Notes under the pieces: generated by a model
Databases searched by the model: none
Seen by the model: only the letters and a program-made list of their open reading frames with translations
What the model was told of the DNA's origin: nothing
Part shown: piece after piece, positions 1-12,923 of the stretch
How positions within the stretch are numbered: position 1 is the stretch's first letter
Layout of the letters: the number at the start of each line of letters is the position of its first letter
Origin: Xylographa opegraphella
Taxonomy: Eukaryota
Assembly: GCA_022813865.1 (NCBI GenBank)
Contig: JALDZX010000031.1
Location: forward strand, 124,001 to 188,000
Direction of reading: 5' to 3'
Length of the DNA: 64,000 nucleotides
Translations under genes and position numbers: made by a program

Positions 1-3000
1 CAAGGCGAGCACCGTCGCTGTGTCTCTTTTGCTATCTCACACCGCCGGCTCTAGCGTTTCCAGCAGTCCCGCACCACGCGGCAACATGTCGGTGCCACCA
101 AGGCATGGTCAAGGTTCCATGCCGTCGTCGCAATGATGGGGTGAAACAATTCGAACAAATGGATGTGGAACAGCAGACCATGCCGACGGACGTGTTCGAC
201 AGCTTGACGCTACGAATGAATAACGCAGACTCCACTCCGTTTCAAGCAGAAGCATAAGTACTCTGTACGGTCTACGCTCTAGTCGCTCCATGCCGTGCCC
301 TACTCCGTACCTACCGATGCCTGCGGTCACCAGAGGCAATATTGCCTACCGTGGACGGAGTTCGAGGTGGACCGGTTCTCCCAGCTCATCGTCGGCAGTG
401 TGGCAAGCGACCGCAGCTCATTCGAGCAATTCGAGTCCGCTCTACAACAAGGCAAGATGTTCCTGCCCCCGTTCGAGCACAAGGCAAAAGTGTATCGAGC
501 CCGATGCAGCGTCTGGGGGGTTTATGCGCGCTTCATCTGATGCTCGCCCTCGTTTGGGGGATTAAGGTTCGCATGACTCTGGTGCGACCCGCGGCCCAGT
601 CTTGCCTTTAATCCTAGCCGCTGCTGGCTTGGCACACGACGGCGCTGTCGATCTCTTGCCAAGGCTCGGAGCACGGAACTTTTCACAGCGAATCAGTCCC
701 GACCGTTGACAATCCCAGCTGGATAAGGTAAGGGAAGGGAGTGAAATAATAGGCGGGCTGGATGTCGAAAGAGGAAGCTGCTGCTGATGTGTCAATGGCG
801 CCGGCAAAACTCCTCTGTTCTCTCGATCCTCTTTCACGCGCATCTCTCGGGGCAACAGTGCTCCGAGCATCACGGTCGCCGGGGACGAAAAGAAAGAAAC
901 GCACCAAAAGACGGCAGGATACGAGTGCTGGGAGCGGTGCGGGCGCCACCGAGGGAAGGGAAGGGAAGGGGATCCCCCGCTCCTGCTGCGTCACCCCGTG
1001 CTCGACCCCGCAGCGGTGCGAGCAGCGAAAGGCAAAGCTTATCGTCTTTACACTTTCCGCCTTCTCTTCCTCCCAAACCTTTTTCTGTCTGGATCGGTGG
1101 ACGAGGCGCGATGCGGTGGGAGAGACATCGGGCGTGACGGCCGTGGTCGAGCGGTCTGATAGGGCCGGGAACGTCTCGCTCGCCTGCCCGGCGGCGTTTG
1201 ACTTCCCGCCCCCGGTGCCAGCGCGCAGTGGTCAAAGTGCCGATTGGTGTCGTACAACTGGCCGGTCGCCTTACGCGCACAAATCATACGTCACGATTGG
1301 AGGCTCCTGTCTTTGATCACGGAAGCTCTCTCGTCAAACAGGATCGAGCTGGCATCAGGGGAGTGATGCTGAGTCGGAAATGATGCATTGGATCATCATC
1401 GTGGGCAATCACGGCGGTGGGCATGGTGGAGGGGAGCTGGAGTCCGCAGTCTCGAGGCGTCTTCGTCGACGACGGACGACGGACAACTCGACTTCACCTG
1501 CTGGACCGACCCAATCAAGCTGGACTGCTTGTAGGCAGACTGGAACTTTGGGGCCGAGAGCAAGCCACCAGATGCGCCGTCAGCGTGATTGATCTGGCGC
1601 TTCCTGCACGAACTCTCCATCGGGACCGCAATCTGACTACTGAACAAAACTGACTAGATACTAACACATAGATGATCCGTATCGCCGGGCGTCCATCATC
1701 CTCACCAATGCCCGCAAGAGTCGAAGAGCCGCAGGCAATGGCAGGCATGGTATGTCCGTGGAATGTATCTAATATTTGGAATCCAGCGGAGGTACATCCC
1801 TTTAGGACATCCCCCAAGCATCAGCATTCCCTCCCCTCTCAGTACCATCATCCCATCCAACGTCGCCATCCATTCGCCTCCGCCAACAGTGCCAACCGGT
1901 GCGAAGAACCGAGCATCCGGGATCGCTGCACCCAAGCCGGTAGCGAACGTTGCTTGCCCTGCCGAGATCTACCCTCGATACCTTGCCTCGTCGACTCGCT
2001 TCCGGAGCGATCCTCTCATCGCCCATCTCTCACCCGGGGGGAGTTGACATGACTCGCGAGCCCAGGAACCGGCCGTGCCGTTCTTCCGCATCGGGGAAAT
2101 GATGCTTCGGACGCATTGCAAAATCTCCCTGCCTGCCTAGGTAGCCGTTTGCTTTGCTTCCGCCGAGCTGTTGTCCTCGGTTGAGCCCGCGCTTTTGCCT
2201 GCGATGCAGCGTTGCCTCGTTCGCGGCATTGCTCGCCCTCGTCTCGAACACCGGACGAGATCCCTCTCCTGAAGCGGACGAACGGTGCGCTCCTACCGAG
2301 GTAAAAAAAAAAGAAGAAAAAAAGGGTTCCTCTGCCATGTCCGCACGCAGGGCAAAACCATCCCGGCTCCCGTCCTCGGAACTCGTTTATTATAGTCGCG
2401 GCCACATCGGCGCTGCGCATCGCGTGAGAGCTCAGGCCTTTGACTCATCTTGACTTACTCAATCACCACGGACGACGCACTCGCTTCCGCTTCTCACGCC
2501 TCCTCGAGCGCGCGTGTGCATGACGTCCGAATCCACCCTGCCCCGCCCGCTGCCCCGATCCATTCGCGGCCCCGACAGACTGGATCGCCAGCCCTGAGCC
2601 TCGCACCCTGTCCGGGCCACGTCCATTTCCCATTCCGCTCCGCTTACCTATACACCGTAGTGACCAGAGCAGCCCCCGCCTCGCACGGTCCGCCCAGCGA
2701 GCTCTCACGTTCCGGGATATTTTTTTGTTTTAGCACGCAGTGTTGCCGTTCAGACCCTCCCGAAATATCAAGCGCCACGAGGAGCTAGCAGGACGGCTGC
2801 TGGTGCCCAGTTAGGGCAACGCTCATGCGCTCCGTTCGTAGCGGGGCACCAAAGGCAACGCATGTAAACAATTCTTCGATGAAGCTCACGAGCTCCAAGG
2901 ACGAGAGGGTCTTTGAGTGAATAGCAACCATCCTGCAGCTGTCGTATCGCGGAACCCCCAAACACTCCATGCTCACCGCCCGCCGAGTAGATTATCTTCC

Positions 3001-3219
3001 CTTCCAACCCCCCCCTCCGTCCTCTTCCCCCTCTCCGTCCTCTTCCCCCCCCCCACCCCCCCCCTCGCCAACCGCTCCCACCCATTTCCATATCCAAGAA
3101 GCAGAAAACAGAGGTGGATGACGCAAGGCAGGACGGAGCGGAACAATCAACAACAAAGCCAATCCCCCCAACAAGCCCTCGCCATATGCCCACCCCAACC
3201 TACTCATCACCTCTCCTCC

Positions 3220-5578
3220 CTACCCCCTTTTCCCCTCCCTTCCCCCCAACCCACCCCCCTGCAAACTCTGCCACCGCAACCCACTAACGCCGACGACGGC
3301 ATTAAACGCCTCGTCCCTCTCCTCTCGGCCCATCCTCAACACGTACACTCCCCCCTCCCCGCCCCTCAGCTCCAGCCGCTCGTGCGGCGTCACCAGAGCG
3401 GCGAGGCGAGAAGCGGAGGCGGCGCGTTTGCGCATCTCCGCGAGGGAGGCGTAGGGGATTGTGAATGCGGCGGCGGCGTGGATGGTGGGGTGGGTGGGGC
3501 GGAAGGTGAGGGCCGATGGGGAGAGGATGAGGTGCCCCGGGTGGGAGGCGTGGGAGGCGGGGAAGGAGAGGATGGGGGGGAGGGAGGGGGGGCTGGAGGT
3601 GGAGGGGGGGGTGTGGAAGGGAGGGGAGGGGGAGGTGTCGGAGTCGGAGTCGGAGTCCGCGGTTGTGGTGGTGAGATGGCCACTGTAGGCCGCGAGCGGA
3701 GGGTGCGCGTCCTCGTCGAGGAAGTCCGTTTCGACTTGGCGCGCGATTAGCTTCTCGCGCACGACTTGGGCCTGGCGCCGGAGGTAGGCGAAGGACCATT
3801 CGGCTAAGGTGATTGGTTAGCATGGTGATTGCCCATAGGAGGATTTTGGATGCAGGGGTGGAAGAGAAGGATACCGTTCGTAGGCACGTCCCAGAATACC
3901 CACTTGAAGGGCGACACGAGCAGGCGGTACTTAGGATAGTGGCTCGCGATCGGGAAGGTCACGAAGAAGGCTCCGCCGGCGAGGAACCAGAAGATCTTGA
4001 GGCAGAAGACGAGGTCGGCGCAGACGGAGATGAGGAGGCAGACGGCGAAGAGGCACAGCGTGGCCATGGTCTTGCGCGGGTACTTCCACGCGTAGAAACT
4101 GTCTCCTGGTCAGCGATGCTCCGGGTGCCGGGGATCGGGGGACCGAACTTGGCGAGGACTTCGAGCATGTTGGCGAGGTCGTTGAGCTGTAGTTGGAGGT
4201 AGGGGCCTAGCTCGTCGACGAGAGGCTCGAGCCAGTTATCGCGGCCGTGCTTCTCGATCAGTTCGCCGAAGTGGAGGGCCGTGCCTTCCAGGCCTTGGGA
4301 GCGGCGCACGGAGGCTTGGAGGTCGGCGACGGAGGAGGGGTGGTAGCGGTTCTTTAGGACGACGTAGATGATGTACAGCCACTAATACGGGACGTGAGCT
4401 CGAGGGTTTCGTCTGCTGCGGCATTACTCACGAGGAAGCCTATCTCAAACTCTATTGGCCAGTCAGTTAGGAGGTCCAACTCTACATGAAGTGATAGCAC
4501 GTACGGAAGTACCACAGAACCGTGTATATGGCGAGCCACGCGCCTGTCCGCCGTGGATTCTCCCACCGGTAGATACTCCTCACATCCATGGCCCATTTCT
4601 GCCACGGCGCACTCGCCATAACCAGGCGCTCGACATGATCTCTCAACTGATCGATGTCGAACGGCAGCTCGTCGAAGTCGTCAATATACTGCGCGCTGAA
4701 ATTCTGCGTGTAGAAGATGATGTTCTGCGGAGCCGGTCAGATCGGATGTTCCGTACAAAGCCCGTCAGAAGGTGGTGACGAAATACAGAACCTAACCAGC
4801 GCTCCCACCTGTACCTCTTCACGTTGCCCTTCTCGTCGCGTTGGATGAAAGCTTCCGCGTCTGGCCATTTGATATGCAGTTTGTGGATGGCGGCGACGCG
4901 GTCGATATGTTTCGTCGTCCACGCCACAAGTGTACTATCCCGATGCTCCTCCAGCAGTTTCGCCTTCTCTCGCTCGTTGAATCCCGCAGCAGTGCCGTCT
5001 ACGGATGTGCCAGAGTCAAGAGCTCCTTGTGCCTCCAGAAACTCTAGATCCGCTGCATCCGAGAGTTGTGGCTTCTGCATCCGGGCTACTTTCTCCGCGG
5101 TCTTCCTATGCGCCTTGCTCTGCGCCGTTTTCCGCGGGTGGATAATAGCTCGACCAACAGAATGCAGGTTGTGAAGCCCTTTACCCACTGTGCTGATAGG
5201 CTTCTCCAACTGCTTTCCGGCCTCATCTTCAACCCGATTCGGATGAAATGCCGGGTCATCATTGATGTTGGATAAGATTGTGGCGCGGGTCTGATCATCT
5301 TCTGAACGGACTGGGTCTTCATGATCATGAATATGGAGGAGTGCCTTCGTCTTTTCCTTCGCTTTAGCTCGGAGGCCTGGTTCTTTCTTCTTACTGTCAT
5401 CCTCCCCCACATGGCCGCTCGTTTCCAAGGCGTCTTTATGATAGATAGCATGGACATGCTGGTTCTCAAGCCCTCCGTCATGGTTGAGTGGTGTCTTCGC
5501 AGCCTCATTCAGGAACGGCGTAGTGGACACGGAATCGAGACCGGCTTCGAAGCGAATTCTTTCGAGATCCATGGCCAT
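3220..5578 (-). CDS. Conserved fungal membrane protein with C-terminal GRAM/PH-like region (6 exons)
   Basis: ORF fragments 4643-5599, 3959-4309, 3804-4067 and 3220-3762 join through five GT-AG introns into one frame (..ERLVMASAPWQ..YRWENP..TM segments..WDVPTN/AEWSF..GHLILSPSALTF..RDEAFNAVVG). First ATG is at 5578; the ORF-track start is TTG. Domain name is tentative. Confidence 0.7.
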
Positions 5579-6328
5579 TTTCTCCAATACACTTTCCAAT
5601 CATTCCAGAATTATGACTATTTTTATAACCTTCATACAAAGTGACACGAGGCTCAAAGATACCATATCGCATTATCCACAAACTCCTTCAAACATACACA
5701 AAATAGCAATGCAAGACAGTTCAGTTGAAGCCTAGATGACGAAAAATCACTGCCTACGGAGCCACCACGCACCATGGTGGCGACACAATTCACGGGCTCC
5801 ATTTCTTCCAGACGGGATATAGGGAGATCAATAGTCAACTAATAATGACGAAGCAAGAACCAATATTCTTGGATATTCAGCCATATGGAACAGAAGCGAT
5901 TGGCGGACCCAGCGACACCGCCGGGCACTAGCATTGCAGCGCCCTGATGCTCGGAACACGATGTCATAGGAGGGTCTCGCCCGATGTAGATGGTCCACCT
6001 CACCTGCGCCTTGCAATTGATCGAGATCAAGATCGAGATGTACTCAGCCTAGCCTAGATAGTGCTAGACTAGGTACAGGACAGTCCAATGAGTGCTTAGC
6101 ACGATAAATGATAAATGTAGAAAGTTGTAAAACTTCAGGACCGGTCCAGAGCTCGGAGACTTCAAGAATGACCATCGGATAATGATAATACAAACGATTG
6201 TGGATGAGATCGTAGTATCTTATTCAACCACCGCAGCGGTGGGAACAGTAGAGATTCGAAAATGCTATCCATGAACATTAACCGCTTTCAATCGTCCACT
6301 ATCAAGGAAACCACCCTCCCTACCTCCT

Positions 6329-7731
6329 TCACACAATCTCCACATCCCTCGACTCCCCATACCCGCTGTAACCCACGCCCCTCAGATTCCATTCCGAATG
6401 CTCTTCCTGCGTATTGCCCCCTTTGTCCGTAGCGCGACTCAGGAACCGCTTTGTTCCCTTATCGGCCTTCACATGTGCCCGCCACAAGACCCAGCACCAC
6501 CGCTCTCCCTTGCCCTCCACAATCTCTGCATCCAGCCAGCTCCTTCCCTCATCCCCACTCACCTCCACCCTCACCACGGGGCCCTGGTCTCCCTGAGGCA
6601 GTGCATATCCCTCGACCGCCACCGTCCCCTCCGCCGACCGCTCCACCTGCTCCCCGGACAGCGGGCGCGTGATCACGGAGTTGACCGGCATGTCCTGGAT
6701 CGGCGGACTGGAGTCCCAGAACTTCTCCGCCGACTTCATGTCCACGGCCTCCGGTGGAAGGATCTTGTAGTCCCGCTGCTGGTAATGGTTTCGCGACTCC
6801 TCCGGCTGAACGGTGATACTGTCGACCCACTTGACCGACTTCGCCCCCGCGAACCCAGGAACGATAATGCGGACCGGATAGCCATGCTTATCTGACAGAG
6901 CCTCACCGTTCATTTCCAGCGCGAGGAGCACGTCGGCTTCCTCGCGCATCGCCCGCTCGAGCTCGATGCTGCCGCCATACCAGTCCTCGTCCTGGCACTT
7001 TTGCAGGCTTGCAAACGCCACATGCATCTTGCCTTGCTCTCCTGTGCTTTGCCTCTTGCCCGTCTTGATTCCCGCCGTGAGAAGAACGTCCCGCAGCTTC
7101 GGCCCCTTCCATCTACAGTTCATCACCGCCCCGTCTCCCCAGTCGATGCCCTCGACCTCTTTCAAAAGCGTTCGCATCGTGTGACGACGGTTTCCGGCAC
7201 ATTGCAGCGCGCATGTTATTTCGTGCTGCTCGTAGTCTTGCTGTAGCTGGGTGACGGACAGAGCGAGAGGCGTGTGGACTAAGCCATCTACTCGAACGGT
7301 ATGGGTAGAGGCGGACAGATGTCTGATTGCTCCGTGATTCCGGTCATAGGCATCGTTCTTGGTCAGAAAGCTGTGCGCATGCTGAGCTGTTGATCACCGA
7401 AGAAAGATAACCTGACGTGGTATCTACCTAGAAACTAAAGCTTGGACGGGCGGTTCCCGATTGAGGGGCTCCTCCACCGAGTCTTCACGCCCGACCATGT
7501 CGAAGGCTAAGGTGAGAGCTCAATATGGTAGAGCAAAGAAGCACAATAGGTTGGAAACTCACGTTCCAGCAGAGGGTCGAGGCTCGAAAGGTCACCGAAG
7601 TTAGTGGAAGAGTAAACCAGAAAGTCAATAACTTCTTCATTAAGGAAAGACCGCCCGCCATCGGGCATAGTCTCCCAAACGTCTACTTCGTGCATGCTCC
7701 TGCATTGCCACGTTCGCAGCTTACGTAGCAT
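6329..7731 (-). CDS. Sulfite oxidase-family molybdopterin oxidoreductase (Moco + dimerisation domains, no cyt b5 domain)
   Basis: PLNREPP, YDRNHG, LQCAGNRR (Mo-ligating Cys), HGYPVR, GAKSVKW and WNLRGV motifs; intron near 7372-7428. Start is either ATG 7498 or, via an in-frame splice of intron 7507-7562, ATG 7731. Confidence 0.9.
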
Positions 7732-8189
7732 TGCTGTAGATAGATTGACCACCGACAAGTAATCAAGGTTGTTGTCATTTTTAATAGCAACGATTTCAAA
7801 ATTTCCTTCCAGAACATAACAGCGTTCCAGTGACAAGGTGGCAGCTTCTTAGAGCTCTTCCTAAAAAGCTAGCTATAACTATTTTATTATCAAGCACGAC
7901 TCACGTAAAGACCAAGAGCATTTCAGGATACCCTGATAAAGCTATAGCATGGTGATGAAAGTGCAAAAAAAGCTTTCAGATGCCCCTTTTCCTCTATTAT
8001 GTTGTCGCTGATGTTTGTGCTGGTCGCCAGTACCATCTTTTCGAAGATAACTCTCTAGACTTCTCATCGTACATCTTCGAACTCTCTAGTACAGAAAACC
8101 TGGTGTAGACAAGAACATCTCCAAGCAAGTGTGGAGTAGACTAGCAAAGCGAACAGCCGAAACCTTTAGATATACTTGTTTGGATAAAA

Positions 8190-9458
8190 TCAGGATCGCA
8201 AGACGAGAATGGCCAGCAGAATCTGTGTGGTTAAAATAAAGCCAAAGGAGTGCTCTGCCAGTCCACCCGGTGCATCTCCGGTCGAGAAAGCTATCGAAGG
8301 GGTTGGGCTTCCGCCAATAATTCCAGTGCCAAAGCCAGCGGGATCTGCTGAATATTAATTTGTGATTACAAACTGAAAGTGCAAGCTACAAACCTAAAGG
8401 CACCGATGGTATGCTTGTTTCGGTTGTTGTGCCGTTTGTACCCGAGGGTTTCAATCCGACAGATGTTGCAATAGAAGCAATTGCTGAAATGCTTGAAGGA
8501 ACCACAGACGAAGTCGAAATGATAGCTGACTGAATGAAGAAGCTTACAAGAACTGACGGGTTTGTGACGGTCGAGAGTTTCGTTGGGATCGTAATTGGAA
8601 CAAACATTGTTGTCTTCGCAGGGGTGCCAGAGATGAGTGGAGAGTTTGAAACCAAAGAAGTTGAGGATGTGCCCGACGGAGTTGAGCTTCCCTCTGGAGT
8701 GCTCGATATTACAGTGGAAGAAATCATGGTAGTAGACGAACCAGATATGGTTAAAAATGTAGTTACGCCATTCGAAGTTATTACCGAGCTGCTCGCCGTG
8801 GTGCTTGATCTCATTATCGTAGTATCAACGCCGATACTTGCATCAGCGCTCATCGAGAGAGTGGATATGTCCTTCGGTGGTAGCGCTGGGCTAGTGGTTG
8901 GAACGGTAGTCATCGTTGCTGAACTACTGCTGGAAGGGACAGCCAGACTAGAAGTCAAGGCAGATGTGATTGTTATAGTACTTGACGATAGTGCCGATGT
9001 GATCATGGCAGCAGTTTTTGGGGTGGCAGCGGCGGCCGAAGGTAAACTAACAGTAATGCCTGACAAACTCGCGCACTCCTGAATGAATGCATTGCCGAAA
9101 TCTTCAACGAGTCAGTTTTGAACTTCAGACTATCGACTTTGTTGCTTACCTTGGCCTGACAAAGAACATTGCTGCAGCACGCATGTTTCAATCTCTGCAA
9201 CAAACTCCGACGCCTTCGAACAGTGGCATGCAAAGTTGGTCGGATCACAGCCATCATTGGAAATGGCAGTTTCGAGACAGTTAATCTGATCGTTTCTCTT
9301 AGCTCTTGCAAACTCTGCATCAGCAGCCACATTTTAGCACAACTTACCGCACAGGATGGCAGACTAAGTCCACCTGAGGAAGTGCTGGTTTGGGCATACA
9401 CTTGAACAGTAAGAAACTCTAGGATGAAGGGAATGGATAATCTGATGAGCTGCAACAT
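8190..9458 (-). CDS. CFEM-domain, Ser/Thr-rich, probably GPI-anchored cell-surface protein (4 exons)
   Basis: Signal peptide, then 8-Cys pattern LPSCA/INCL..GCDPTNFACHC..TCVLQQC..QEC after splicing, a long S/T-rich stalk and a hydrophobic C-terminus (..FILTTQILLAILVLRS*). Confidence 0.85.
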
Positions 9459-10186
9459 GATGAGACGGTGTTGACACGAGCTGATTCTGTCTAAGCCAGT
9501 ATTAGATCACATTGGAAGTAAGTAGTATTCAATGACGTACAGAGATCTCGTAAAGTCCAAGAGTTTGGTACAGAAAATGGTGAACGAGCGTGAGAGAACG
9601 AGTTCCAGACTCGGAGAGAGATTGTTGATGTCTCTGTGGATGAAACAAATGTGCGTTATATATGTGAACCCTTAGCGTGTTTCGCCTCCGTCTTTGAGTA
9701 GCCTAGGGCAAGAACAGTCTGGATTATCCCAAATAAGAAGGAAATGCTCCTTAGGGATGATGAGCATCTGGACTCCGATCCATAAAGGTCAAGCTATCAA
9801 GGTGAGCACAGACTCTTGCGCAGGAATATGCTGGAGGTGAGCAGTAGAGCTGTGGCTCGACATGTTTGAGTTACTCAAGCCATCCGTATCACAATGAGAT
9901 AGGTCACCAGAACTGACAGAACCAAGGATTTATAACTTGAAGTTCTTACCCTATTTGATCACACCCAAAATACCGCCAGTCACACTTCCACCCAACGCCA
10001 CGTAAATACGATTCCATACACCAAGCCAATGTGATAAGTAGCGATGCTTCTCTATCCGACACCTGCAATGCTGTCTCGTCCTTCTCCTTCCCTCTATATT
10101 TCGTATTACCTCCAAGTAGAGTTATATTGCTTCATATCCCGCCTCTATCTCCCCGGCGGCTGTGGAGCCCGGCTGTTTCTCGTCTC

Positions 10187-10919
10187 TCAGTCGCTTGGCA
10201 TCCTTAAGTAGTACTCAATGGCCGTGCTGAATGCTGCAAAACCGGCACACCCTACAGCCGCTGCCTGAGGGCCCGCTTTCGCACCTAAAACGCCGCCTGT
10301 AATACATCCCGCTGCTATCCCGTTCGTCATATCGTTCTTTGCGCGGAATCCTTCAATGCAGCATTCCGTCCCTGAAAATATGGCGCCCACGATACCAAAG
10401 TTCTTTGCGGAGCTGAAACTTCGACTGCCCATATCCTTGAAGCCCCTCCGGAGCTGCTCACGAACGGGCAAATTTGTGAGTTGTTGACCAGCAGCTGTCA
10501 GAGGAGTATCGTAGCTCATCTAGTAGGGAAGAGATCAGTTAAGGCACGATGATATAGTGCTAGGTCGCATAGAACGACAGTATATGGAGCCGCAGGAAAA
10601 AACCAAGGGAAATCACTGACACTCGACATGAAGAGTCCAAAAGCACCTCCAAGCACGAAACCCATACAACCTGCCATAACGGTCTTGCCCGGACAGCTCT
10701 CCATGACGCCTTGAATCTAATTTAGGTGTCAGCATTTGTATCTTATAATTGTCGCACAATCATCCAATATATTTAAAGTGACACCCATATGCAATAATGT
10801 ATTTTTCGATTTTTCGAGCAACTTACCGTCTTTACCATCATCTGCTCCTGCGGGCTCATCCCTCCGGTATCGCCCTGCATGCCGGCCAGGCCACGGCCTG
10901 GCATCCCTGGCATACTCAT
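10187..10919 (-). CDS. TIM22: Mitochondrial import inner membrane translocase subunit Tim22 (3 exons)
   Basis: [72 protein letters not shown]. Two GT-AG introns. Confidence 0.95.
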
Positions 10920-11341
10920 CCTCGTCGTCAATACTGTACGTCTCCAGATGAAGCTCCCCTATCACATCGGGTATCAATACTTTTGCCGTAAACGTCCCAA
11001 GCAATCGTGACCCTTTTTAGAATAGTACAGAGCCATTGCCGGGTAGGCTTGGCAACGAGTTCAATAACATTGATAGGTTTAGATTTCGATACTAGACAAT
11101 TATTCACAGCATATAAGACATTTAAAGCCAGTCTTCAGAATTATTTTCGCGCAAGTTCCTCTAATTACAGGGCCCGCACAGCGTATTGCGAAGTTCGTCA
11201 TCCGCAAGCCGCTAAGGCTACGAGTTCGTGCTTCAATATCATACATAAATGTTTAAAGCACTTGACATGCCTGCCATAGATACTGATGGCACATAACAAA
11301 GGAGGCACATAACACCATCAGTCATCAAGGCATTTTACCAC

Positions 11342-12923
11342 TCAGTCAAGTTTTGTTCCAGCTTCGCCAGACAGATCTGGCCGTCCTTTGGTCTGACCCT
11401 CAACTGAAGTCATTAGACTGGCTTCCCATTCCTTCATCAGCGTGGATGCAGTCCTGGTAAGATTACTTGGCGATAGCTTCGTTAGTGCAGGCCACGGTAA
11501 CTGATCTGCATTGATCAGCGAAGAGCTGTCTTTCGAGCGACGAACGTAGTCATCGGAAAAACTGTAGATGAATTAATATAGTGCACCGCAAACAATGAAA
11601 GCGGTATTGAGTTCACCTTGTGCTGGTCCGTGGACTACTAGCACAGAGGGATGGAGAAGCTATGCGTGGAGAATCTAACGTATCAAGGCTCATAGTGGGA
11701 GAGGAATGTTTGGCATTAGGGGTGTCCCAGTTGTCCCAACCCTCGTCATCGTTATAAGCGTCAGCCAAAGGTTGCGTTGACGTATCGTCCATGTTATGAA
11801 GAGCGGATAAATCAAGCTTGCCAGATGCGTTCGTATTAGAGACAGAAGATCCTTCAATGTCAATAAGAGCATCACTGTTTTTGAGCTGAGAACCCGGTGA
11901 CTCAGAGACTTCGGGCTTGCGTCTCGATGTCAAGATGGTACGGGTAGGCGTGACATGAGTCCCGGTTTGGCTGCTACTTCTCGCTGGTGTCCTTCCAAGA
12001 GAGGAGTTACGCTTGTGTCTAGGGCGAGTGCTATTGATAGCTTCGTCTCCTACAGTTGCCTGCCTTATATCCTCAATGAAAGTCCATAATCCCTCTTTTA
12101 GATCTCCAACAAGCTGCTTGCCTGTATTGACGATATCGTCTTTCGTTCCCTTTGAGTTGAGCGTTGCTGAGCTCGCTAATCCCATGGGTATTGACGTAGC
12201 TTCTGTCATTGTCGCTGATCTTCCAGATACCTTGCGTATTGTCTGATCTTTTCTACCAGAACGACTATTATCAGGCCGAATATGGCCTTTCACATGGCCT
12301 AAGGTACTTGGCGATAACAAAGAAAGTGCTCTTGTGTGCCTTCCTCCTTCAAAAACTTTCCTGTGCGATTGAGGCCGCCGGATATTCATTGCTTTCCTCC
12401 GCTCTTCTTCTTTACTGGTCTTTCGCACATTTCCAGCGTCCACATCCTTTGTAGTAATCTTGGTAGGAGACGATACTGCAAGTGGTCTCAGTTGTTCCAT
12501 ATGCCTCATCTCGTTCCTCTTCTTTGCTGCCTCATGTGTGGCCCATTCTTGTTTCAATTTGTCTAAGTCTCCCTCCGCCTTCTGGAGTTCTTCCTTGAGC
12601 TCAAGGACACGTCGTTCCTGAGCAGCTAGTGCGGTGAGAAAGGTGTTGGAATCTGTCGAGGCAGAAGGATGCAAGTCGGGTGAGGCTGGATTGGACAACC
12701 GTTCTGGGGACGAAGCGATGATAGAGGAGCGGCGCTGACTATTTCGATCGGCAGATTGTATTGGGAAGTTGAGCGACAGTCTCTTCCTGCTTCTCGTGGC
12801 TGTGACATGCGAGTTTAACGTAGTCGGTCCATGTGAAGGGGAAGGTAATGGTGGAGGTAACATGCTCATTTGCGTTTCACAGTATGGTGCTCTCGTGATG
12901 ACGTGACTGGAAGTAGATGACAT
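11342..12923 (-). CDS. Conserved fungal coiled-coil protein (DUF4048-like)
   Basis: RLSLNFPI, FLTALAAQERRVLELKEEL, HTRALSLLSP, GLWTFIEDIRQATVG; spliced last exon LPWPALTKLSPSNLTRTASTLMKEWE. Start codon uncertain (ORF is open to 13082). Confidence 0.75.

Noticed and set aside
2917..3750. 277-aa plus-strand P/G-rich ORF and similar long antisense ORFs (27448-28173, 38012-38647, 57978-58703, 59376-59921)
   Set aside because: Shadow frames of real genes in stop-poor GC-rich islands.
8534..9082. 182-aa Val/Glu-rich plus-strand ORF
   Set aside because: Antisense mirror of the Ser/Thr-rich CFEM stalk.
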